Source of the DNA: Actinomycetes bacterium
GTDB lineage: Bacteria; Actinomycetota; Actinomycetes; JACCUZ01
DNA length: 24,000 nucleotides
Direction: 5' to 3'
NCBI GenBank assembly: GCA_038223055.1
Contig: JBBRHF010000004.1
Span: forward strand, 24,123-48,122
Shown: positions 9,388 to 17,073 of the stretch, in pieces
Numbering within the stretch: the first letter of the stretch is position 1
How the letters are laid out: the number at the start of each line of letters is the position of its first letter
Position numbers and translations under genes: made by a program
Notes under the pieces: model-generated
Told to the model about the DNA's origin: nothing
The model's database searches: none
What the model saw: only the letters and a program-made list of their open reading frames with translations

Positions 9388-10082
9388 ACCTCGTCCGGAC
9401 GCTGGTCCGCACTGTCGGTGAGCTGTTCGTCACGGCGGGGGTGGTGCTCCTGCTGTTTTGCGCCTACCAGTTGTTCTGGACCAATGTGCAGGCCGACCAG
9501 GCTCAGCACCGGATCGCCGACCAGCTGACCCGGACCTGGCAGCGGCCCGGGCCTGAGCCAACTCCCGCGCCGGGCAGCACGGCGACTCCGGCCCCGGCGC
9601 GCGTCGACTTCGGCAAGGGCTTCGCCTTCTTGCGCATCCCGCGGCTGGGGAAGTCGTTCACCGTGCCGGTCCTCGAGGGTGTCCGCACGTCCGACCTCGC
9701 CCGCGGTGTCGGCCACTACCCCAAGACTGCCGCTCCCGGGGAGGTCGGCAACTTTTCCGTCGCCGGGCACCGGGCCACCCACGGCGAGCCGTTCCGCAAC
9801 CTGGACCGGATGCGCGCGGGCGACTCGGTCGTGGTGGAGACCCGCACCACGTGGTTCACCTACGTCGTGGACAAGACCCAGATCGTCCTGCCCAGCGACG
9901 TGTGGGTCATCGACCCGGTGCCCGGGCATCCCTCGACCCGGCCCACCCGACGGCTGCTGACCCTCACAACCTGCAACCCGCGCTGGGCATCCACCCATCG
10001 GCTGATCATCTTCACCCACCTGTCGGATGCTCGCCCCAAGACCGAGGGCTCCCCGCCCGCTCTGCTCGCGAAGGGACGGTAG
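9384..10082 (+). CDS. Class E sortase (transpeptidase)
   Basis: GTG at 9384 overlaps the upstream stop (GTGA). N-terminal TM. GNFSVAGHRATHG supplies the catalytic His, LLTLTTCNPRW the TLxTC catalytic Cys, and a downstream HR the Arg. Class E sortases occupy the same neighbourhood in Streptomyces (srtE1/srtE2). Confidence 0.88.
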   Translation: MNLVRTLVRTVGELFVTAGVVLLLFCAYQLFWTNVQADQAQHRIADQLTRTWQRPGPEPTPAPGSTATPAPARVDFGKGFAFLRIPRLGKSFTVPVLEGVRTSDLARGVGHYPKTAAPGEVGNFSVAGHRATHGEPFRNLDRMRAGDSVVVETRTTWFTYVVDKTQIVLPSDVWVIDPVPGHPSTRPTRRLLTLTTCNPRWASTHRLIIFTHLSDARPKTEGSPPALLAKGR

Positions 10083-10241
10083 ATGTACGCCTGGATCTGG
10101 CGCCGCCTGCCCGGCCCCCTGACCGTGCGGCTGCTGGTCGCGACGCTGCTTGCGGCCGGCGTCGTTCTGTTCCTCTTTGTCGTCGCCTTCCCGTGGGCCG
10201 AGGGATCGCTCCCCTTCCTCAAGGTGACGGTCGACCAGTGA
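10083..10241 (+). CDS. 52-aa single-TM small membrane protein
   Basis: Not in the ORF track. The ATG at 10083 directly abuts the sortase TAG (10080-10082), and the TGA at 10239-10241 overlaps the trpG GTG at 10238. Translation MYAWIWRRLPGPLTVRLLVATLLAAGVVLFLFVVAFPWAEGSLPFLKVTVDQ. GC3 is very high (47 of 51 third positions G/C). Confidence 0.55.
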   Translation: MYAWIWRRLPGPLTVRLLVATLLAAGVVLFLFVVAFPWAEGSLPFLKVTVDQ

Positions 10242-10885
10242 GCTCCGCCGCGGCGCCGGGTCCCCGCATCCTGGTCGTCGACAACTACGACAGCTTCGTG
10301 TTCAACCTCGTTCAATACCTCGCCCAGCTCGGCGCCACCTGCGAGGTCCGCCGCAATGACGAGGTGACGGTTTCGGACGCGCTGGGCTACGACGGGGTGC
10401 TGCTCAGCCCCGGCCCGGGCAGGCCGGAGAAGGCTGGAGCCTGCATCGAGCTGGTGCGCGCCTGTGCCGGCGCGATCCCCCTGCTGGGTGTCTGCCTGGG
10501 GCACCAGGCGATCGGCGTCGCCTACGGAGCGACGGTGTCGCGGGCCCCCGAGTTGCTGCACGGCAAGACCAGTCGGATCGTGCACGAGGGGGCGGGCGTG
10601 CTCAACGGTCTGCCGTCGCCGTTCACCGCGACGCGCTACCACTCGCTCGCGGTCGAGTCGGACTCGGTGCCCGACACCCTTGAGGTCACCGCCCGGACTG
10701 ACGGCGGGGTCATCATGGCGATGCGCCATCGCGAGGTCGCCGTCGAGGGCGTCCAGTTCCACCCCGAGTCGGTGCTGACCGAGGGTGGTCATCAGTTGCT
10801 GGCCAACTGGCTGGTCATCTGCGGCGACCCGGGTGCGCCGGCCCGGGCGGTCGGGCTGTCCCCCGTCGTCGGTCGCGACGGCTAA
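10238..10885 (+). CDS. trpG: Anthranilate / aminodeoxychorismate synthase component II (class I glutamine amidotransferase)
   Basis: ILVVDNYDSFVFNLVQYL, LLSPGPGRP, catalytic GVCLGHQAIG, and VEGVQFHPES (His/Glu of the triad). Positional equivalent of Rv0013. Confidence 0.93.
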   Translation: MSSAAAPGPRILVVDNYDSFVFNLVQYLAQLGATCEVRRNDEVTVSDALGYDGVLLSPGPGRPEKAGACIELVRACAGAIPLLGVCLGHQAIGVAYGATVSRAPELLHGKTSRIVHEGAGVLNGLPSPFTATRYHSLAVESDSVPDTLEVTARTDGGVIMAMRHREVAVEGVQFHPESVLTEGGHQLLANWLVICGDPGAPARAVGLSPVVGRDG

Positions 10886-10910
10886 ACGTTTGCCTGACTG
10901 GACCAAACGC

Positions 10911-10950
10911 GACCGGCCCGCAGTGCCGTCGAGGGCGCTGCGGGCCGGTC
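10911..10950. terminator. 13-bp-stem hairpin between convergent trpG and the 4-TM gene
   Basis: GACCGGCCCGCAG tgccgtcgagggcg CTGCGGGCCGGTC, followed by the T-containing tail CCGTGTTCTTGTCGTT. Confidence 0.6.
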
Positions 10951-10964
10951 CCGTGTTCTTGTCG

Positions 10965-11003
10965 TTCGGACTGCTTCAGACTGGTTCAGACTGGTTCAGA
11001 AGG
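10965..11003. repeat. 10-bp tandem repeat TTCAGACTGG (2 perfect and 2 degenerate copies)
   Basis: ttcggactgc ttcagactgg ttcagactgg ttcagaagg, immediately 3' of the minus-strand 4-TM gene stop at 11009-11011. Confidence 0.85.
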
Positions 11004-11008
11004 CAGCC

Positions 11009-11683
11009 TCAGACCGTGGCCGGGTTGGCCGTGGTGGCGGCGTCGGACCTGACCCGCGGGCCGTCGGCAACCTCGCCATCCTGCTGCGTGGTCTCCGCCG
11101 GCGGCGCGATCGACCGGATCAGCCACAGCACCGGCACCGACGCTTCGGCGAAGGCGGCGATGACCTTGGTCGTGAACCACTCCTGCTCGTTGATCGAGGG
11201 GAACGGGCCCACCTGCGGGACGGGCAGGTAGACGCTGGCGAGGACGGCGCCCAGTCCGCTGACCGACAGCACGACCGCAACCAGCCAGACGTGCTTGTTG
11301 CTGGTCAACATGGCGACGGCCAGCAGAGCGCTGATCACCGCAGTCGCGGCGAACAGCTGGCCCTGGGAGAGCACCGATCCGCCGATACCGAGCTGGATCG
11401 CCAGCTTGGCGTGGATGACCGACGACACCGCCAGCGCGAGTGCGGCGAGCAGTCGGGCTGCGAGCAGCGCCCGCGGGTCACCCGCCGGCCGCTGGGATGG
11501 CTGCGACTCGTCGCCCGGCTCGACGTACGACGGGGTGTCGCTCGACGGCTCAGACTGGTCGATCGACGGCTCGGACCGGTGGACCGAAAGCTCACGTTCC
11601 CGGACGGGGACGTTGATGATCTCTGTCTCTTGGTGTTCGGGGTGCTCTGTCACGGCTGTCTCCTTGCCGACGTGGTCGCTCAT
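11009..11683 (-). CDS. 4-TM integral membrane protein with acidic Ser/Pro-rich N-terminal tail; 4-nt overlap with the multi-cupredoxin gene
   Basis: The ATG at 11683-11681 overlaps the upstream TGA (11682-11680) as ATGA. Four predicted TMs: LLAARLLAALALAVSSVIHAKLAI, LFAATAVISALLAVAMLT, VWLVAVVLSVSGLGAVLASVYL and KVIAAFAEASVPVLWLI. I do not recognise the family. The 258-aa track ORF is an over-extension. Confidence 0.7.
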   Translation of the reverse strand: MSDHVGKETAVTEHPEHQETEIINVPVRERELSVHRSEPSIDQSEPSSDTPSYVEPGDESQPSQRPAGDPRALLAARLLAALALAVSSVIHAKLAIQLGIGGSVLSQGQLFAATAVISALLAVAMLTSNKHVWLVAVVLSVSGLGAVLASVYLPVPQVGPFPSINEQEWFTTKVIAAFAEASVPVLWLIRSIAPPAETTQQDGEVADGPRVRSDAATTANPATV

Positions 11684-14600
11684 GACTGATCGGGTGACGG
11701 GGCGATGGTCGCGGGCTCGCCGGAGCGGGCCGCGATCCGAGCCCGCAGTTGCAGCAGGGTGAGCAGGCCGATGATGAGCAGCCAACCTGTGCTGATGCCG
11801 GCCAGGGCGACCGGGGAGATGGCCGCGACGTGGGTCTTGGCCGGGTGGATGTTCAGAGCCGGTCCCACCACCACCATGCCGAACATGCCGGGGTGGGGGG
11901 TGCAGACGTACTCGATGGTGCCTTCCTTGGTCAGCTTCAGGTTGAACCGCTTCCCCGGCGCCAGCTTGGCGTCGAACGAGTGGTCTCTGGCGGTGACCGT
12001 GTGGGGCAGCTTGCCGATGTTGACCCAGCTGATGGTGTCGCCGACCCGTGCTTGCAACGTGGCGGGGGTGAAGGAGTTGTCCTTGACCTCGACCTCGTAG
12101 GTCTTGGCGATACCGCTGCTCTTCGGAGCCGGTCCGGCTGCGGCGAGCGCGGTCTCGGCGGTCCCGCTGCCGCTGGCCTTGGGGACCGCGACACCGGCAA
12201 GCGCCTTGCCGACCGTCAGCGAGCCATCCATGCCGGGGTGATATGTGCAGACGTACTTGACGGTGCCTACCTTGGTGAGCACGTAGTTGAAGCGCTGGCC
12301 GGGTGCTATCGGTGACTTGTCGAACGACTTGTCCGCGGCGGTCACGGTGTGGGCGATCTTGCCGACGTTGACCCAGCTGATCGTGTCCCCGACGTTGGCC
12401 TTCTGGTTGACCGGGGTGAAGGTCATCTCGTTGACCTTGATCTCGTAGGTCTTGGTCTTGCCCTTGCTGGCCGGGGCCGCGACGGCGGCCTTTCCGCCCG
12501 CTGCGGCACCGGCGCCGGCGCCACCACCGCTGCTGTTGGCGGCCGGGGGCGGTACGGCGACTCCGGCGAGAGCCGCGCCGACCACGAGCGTCCCGTTCAT
12601 CCCGGGGTGGTAGGTGCAGACGTAGGCGAAGGTGCCCTTGGCCCGCAGCGCGTAGTTGTAGCGCTGGCCGGGTGCGATCGGTGACTTGTCGAACGACTTG
12701 TCCGCGGCGGTCACCGTGTGCGGCATCTTTCCGACGTTGACCCAGCTGATCGTGTCGCCGACGCGGGCGTTCACGGACTTGGGTGTGAAGGTGTTGTCGC
12801 CGACCTTGATCGTGTAGGTCTTGGTCTTCCCGCTGGCGGCGGGAGCAGGAGCAGCCTTGCCGGCACCTGCGCCGGCGGCGCCGGCCTTCGCTCCAGGCTT
12901 GGCGGCGGGAGCAGGCTTGATGACCGTGCCGGGCAGTGCCGCGGCGACCACGATCGTGCCGGTCATGTAGGAGTGGTAGGTGCAGACATAGGCGATGGTT
13001 CCGGGCTTCTGCAGCACCGTGGATGCCCTGCCGCCGACGGGGAGGGCGACGTCGAAGCCGCCTACCGCGGTGGCGGTGTGGGGCGCCTTGCCGGTGTTGA
13101 CCCAGGTCACCGTGTCGCCGGCGCGCGCCGACAGGTTGGCCGGGCTGAAGCCCGTGTCGGTGACCGTGACGGTGTGGCTGCCCGGCTTACCGGGGGTGGC
13201 TGGCACCGCTGCCGGGACGGGACCCGCAGCGGCTGCGGGCGGTCCGGGGGCGGCCGCTGCGGCCGGCGGCGCGGCACCGGTGGCGTCCTGGACGATGACG
13301 GTGCCGGACATGCCCGGTGAGTGGATGGTGCACTCGTAGGCGTAGGTCCCGGCCGTCGGGAAGGTGTGGCTGAAGGTCTGTCCGGTGGCCAGGGTTGGGC
13401 TTGCGAACACCTCGGCTGTCTTCGAGGTTACGTCGTGCTTGCCGCTGGTGTTGGTCCAGGTGACGGTGCCGCCGACGGCGATGGTGACCGAGGCCGGGGC
13501 GAACGACTGGCCGGACAGGGACACCGCCGCAGTGGCCGGTGCCGGAGCGCCGGGTGCGGGAGCCGCGGGCGCGGGCGCGGGCGCCGGTGCGCCGGGTGCG
13601 GGTGCCGCGGGTGCGGGTGCCGCCGGCGGCGCGCTGCCGCTGGCGTCCTGGACGATGACGGTGCCGGACATGCCCGGTGCGTGGATGGTGCACTCGTAGG
13701 CGTAGGTGCCGGCCTTCGCGAATGTGTGGCTGAAGGTCTGCCCGGCGGCCAGGGTTGGGCTTGCGAACACCTCGGCCGTCTTCGAGGTTACGTCGTGCTT
13801 GCCGCTGGTGTTGGTCCAGGTGACGGTGCCGCCGACGGCGATGGTGACTGAGGCCGGGGCGAACGACTGGCCGGACAGGGACACCGCCGCAGTGGCTGCG
13901 GCCGGTGCTCCGGGTGCGGGGGCAGGTACCGGAGCGGGGGCGGGGGCGGGGGCGGGGGCGGGGGCGGGGGCGGGTGCGGGTGCGGGTGCGGGGGCAGGCG
14001 CCGGGGCCGGGGCGCCGGCGGCCTGCACGATGACCGTGCCGGTCATGCCGCCGTGGAAGGTGCACTCGTAGTTGAAGGTGCCGGCCGTCGGGAACGTGAA
14101 GCTAAAGGTGTTACCGATCCGCAGGGTCGGGCTCCCGAAGACACCGGCCGGTGTCGTCGAGGTCACGTCGTGGGTGCCGCCGCTGTTGGTCCACGTGACG
14201 GTGCCGCCGACGGCGATGGTGACGGACGCCGGGCTGAACGACTGTCCCGAGAGGGTGACCGCCGCCGTCTTCGGCGCGGCTGCGGCCGGGGCGGCTGCGG
14301 CAGCCGGGCCGGGACCCTGGTCAGACGCGGAAGCGCTACTCACGGTGACGGTTCCCTGCAAGGCCGGGTTGCCCATGTTCTCGTGATCGACGTACGAGTA
14401 GGTCCCCACCTCCTTGAAGGTGTAGGACCAGGTCTGACCTGCGTCCAGGCCGCCGGAGTCCAGCTTGGCCGGACCGGAGGTGCTGTGGATGCGGTGCTTG
14501 CCGCCTTGGGCCGCCCAGGTGACAACGGTGCCAGGGGCGACCGTCACGTCCTTCACCGACAGGCTGGTGCCGATCGTGATCGTCTGGGTGCCCGCCGCGA

Positions 14601-14697
14601 CAGCGGTGCCACCGGCGAAGCCGATCACCGCCGCGACGAGTAGCAGGACACTCAGTCCCGCCGTGCGGACGAGCCCGCTTCTATCCTGGTGACGCAT
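11680..14697 (-). CDS. Exported, C-terminally membrane-anchored poly-cupredoxin: eight tandem blue-copper-like domains linked by Ala/Pro-rich spacers
   Basis: GAGGGAG lies 5 nt before the ATG at 14697. Signal peptide is LSVLLLVAAVIGFAGGTAVA/AG. Domains by nt on the minus strand: D1 14565-14341, D2 14265-14023, D3 13893-13645, D4 13533-13285, D5 13176-12943, D6 12822-12577, D7 12456-12208, D8 12108-11863. D2-D8 each carry H...C-x2-H-x2/3-M, e.g. THDVTS...YECTFHGGM and LPHTVT...YVCTPHPGM. D1 has Tyr in place of the Cys. C-terminal TM is ISTGWLLIIGLLTLLQL (about 11814-11743) followed by RARIAARS. Confidence 0.85.
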   Translation of the reverse strand: MRHQDRSGLVRTAGLSVLLLVAAVIGFAGGTAVAAGTQTITIGTSLSVKDVTVAPGTVVTWAAQGGKHRIHSTSGPAKLDSGGLDAGQTWSYTFKEVGTYSYVDHENMGNPALQGTVTVSSASASDQGPGPAAAAAPAAAAPKTAAVTLSGQSFSPASVTIAVGGTVTWTNSGGTHDVTSTTPAGVFGSPTLRIGNTFSFTFPTAGTFNYECTFHGGMTGTVIVQAAGAPAPAPAPAPAPAPAPAPAPAPAPAPAPVPAPAPGAPAAATAAVSLSGQSFAPASVTIAVGGTVTWTNTSGKHDVTSKTAEVFASPTLAAGQTFSHTFAKAGTYAYECTIHAPGMSGTVIVQDASGSAPPAAPAPAAPAPGAPAPAPAPAAPAPGAPAPATAAVSLSGQSFAPASVTIAVGGTVTWTNTSGKHDVTSKTAEVFASPTLATGQTFSHTFPTAGTYAYECTIHSPGMSGTVIVQDATGAAPPAAAAAPGPPAAAAGPVPAAVPATPGKPGSHTVTVTDTGFSPANLSARAGDTVTWVNTGKAPHTATAVGGFDVALPVGGRASTVLQKPGTIAYVCTYHSYMTGTIVVAAALPGTVIKPAPAAKPGAKAGAAGAGAGKAAPAPAASGKTKTYTIKVGDNTFTPKSVNARVGDTISWVNVGKMPHTVTAADKSFDKSPIAPGQRYNYALRAKGTFAYVCTYHPGMNGTLVVGAALAGVAVPPPAANSSGGGAGAGAAAGGKAAVAAPASKGKTKTYEIKVNEMTFTPVNQKANVGDTISWVNVGKIAHTVTAADKSFDKSPIAPGQRFNYVLTKVGTVKYVCTYHPGMDGSLTVGKALAGVAVPKASGSGTAETALAAAGPAPKSSGIAKTYEVEVKDNSFTPATLQARVGDTISWVNIGKLPHTVTARDHSFDAKLAPGKRFNLKLTKEGTIEYVCTPHPGMFGMVVVGPALNIHPAKTHVAAISPVALAGISTGWLLIIGLLTLLQLRARIAARSGEPATIAPSPDQS
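13262..13920. repeat. Tandem ~300-bp duplication with 360-bp period inside the poly-cupredoxin gene (domains D3/D4)
   Basis: 13262-13560 aligns with 13622-13920, with about 19 mismatches counted by eye (roughly 94% identity; about 96% in the core). The encoded domains differ at only about 5 residues. Confidence 0.9.
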
Positions 14698-15063
14698 GGT
14701 CGCTCCCTCTCATTGCCGGCTCGGCGAGCCACCGGAGTGGGGTCGCCGTTTTGTGTCACCTTGGTAGACCTTCTGTGCTCGACCTAGGGGCTAACGGTTC
14801 GCGAGGCAAGGACCTTTGGCCCCCGCGAGCGTGGATGTTAGGTAAAGCTTTTGCCACGGCAACCATCTGAGGCCACTTTCGGCCGCCGCGAAGCTCCATC
14901 CGGAAGCCATCACCAGTCGGGTTGTGGGGAGTCGTGCCCAAGGGGCACCCACCGATCCCGGCACTATCACAAAAAGTGCATAAAGGGAGAGTACGTCGAA
15001 TCCGGACGCCCCCTTACCGCATGCCGCCGGGTGTGCCCCACACGGCGAAGCGGACCCCGATCT

Positions 15064-15148
15064 GTGTCCCTCAGCCTGCCGTGTCCCTCAGCCCGCCGTG
15101 TCCCTCAGCCCGCTGTGTCCCTCAGCCTGCCGTGTCCCTCAGCCTGCC
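15064..15148. repeat. Five head-to-tail copies of a 17-bp unit GTGTCCCTCAGCC(T/C)GC(C/T)
   Basis: Copies at 15064-15080, 15081-15097, 15098-15114, 15115-15131 and 15132-15148, with 0-2 substitutions per copy. Non-coding: the period is not a multiple of 3. Located between the pknB stop and the poly-cupredoxin start. Confidence 0.95.
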
Positions 15149-15253
15149 GTGGTGACTCGACGCCACCCGCCACGCGGCCTCCACGCGGTTGTCCGCAGTT
15201 CGCTGTCGCCCTGCCGGCAACAGTGTCGGCAGCGCTATAGGTGGCGCGGGTGT

Positions 15254-15281
15254 CCCACCCCCACCCCCACCCCCACCCCCC
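15254..15281 (-). repeat. (CCCCA)n tract; on the minus (sense) strand G3-T-G5-T-G5-T-G5-T-G6, a G-quadruplex / i-motif candidate
   Basis: CCCACCCCCACCCCCACCCCCACCCCCC starts 20 nt 3' of the pknB stop. It abuts the palindrome CCGGCGC-TG-GCGCCGG at 15280-15295. Confidence 0.8.
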
Positions 15282-15300
15282 GGCGCTGGCGCCGGACCGG

Positions 15301-17069
<1,769 letters not shown>

Positions 17070-17073
<4 letters not shown>

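Noticed and set aside
11743-11830. C-terminus of the poly-cupredoxin as a sortase E sorting signal (sortase gene 1.6 kb away)
   Set aside because: The architecture looks similar (motif region, hydrophobic stretch, RARIAARS). However, the sequence is LAGISTG, not LAxTG/LPxTG, and about 14 further residues follow the basic patch. It is more simply a TM anchor. Cannot be excluded without experiment.
12349-14643. Alternate-frame and antisense ORFs inside the cupredoxin gene (e.g. 13187-14065 minus with RPRPRP, and the 12718-13320, 13321-13851 and 14053-14643 plus ORFs)
   Set aside because: They are low-complexity products of the Ala/Pro-linker repeats read in other frames. Only the 11680-14697 frame gives repeated folded-domain signatures with conserved ligands.
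14698-15060. Known riboswitch or sRNA (e.g. cyclic-di-AMP/ydaO, 6C RNA) in the cupredoxin leader
   Set aside because: I could not recognise the conserved cores of these families by eye. A covariance-model scan (Rfam/Infernal) would be needed, so only an uncharacterised structured leader is claimed.
15064-15148. Possible CRISPR array
   Set aside because: The repeats are only 17 bp and directly abut with no spacers. There are no cas genes in the window. This is a minisatellite, not CRISPR.
14851-15240. 129-aa and 77-aa plus-strand ORFs, and the 61-aa minus ORF at 14756-14941, in the pknB/cupredoxin spacer
   Set aside because: They read through the 17-bp repeat, whose period is not divisible by 3, so the peptide repeat drifts between frames. 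They have poor GC3 for this genome and no RBS. A 35-aa minus-strand ORF here also has A/T-rich third positions.
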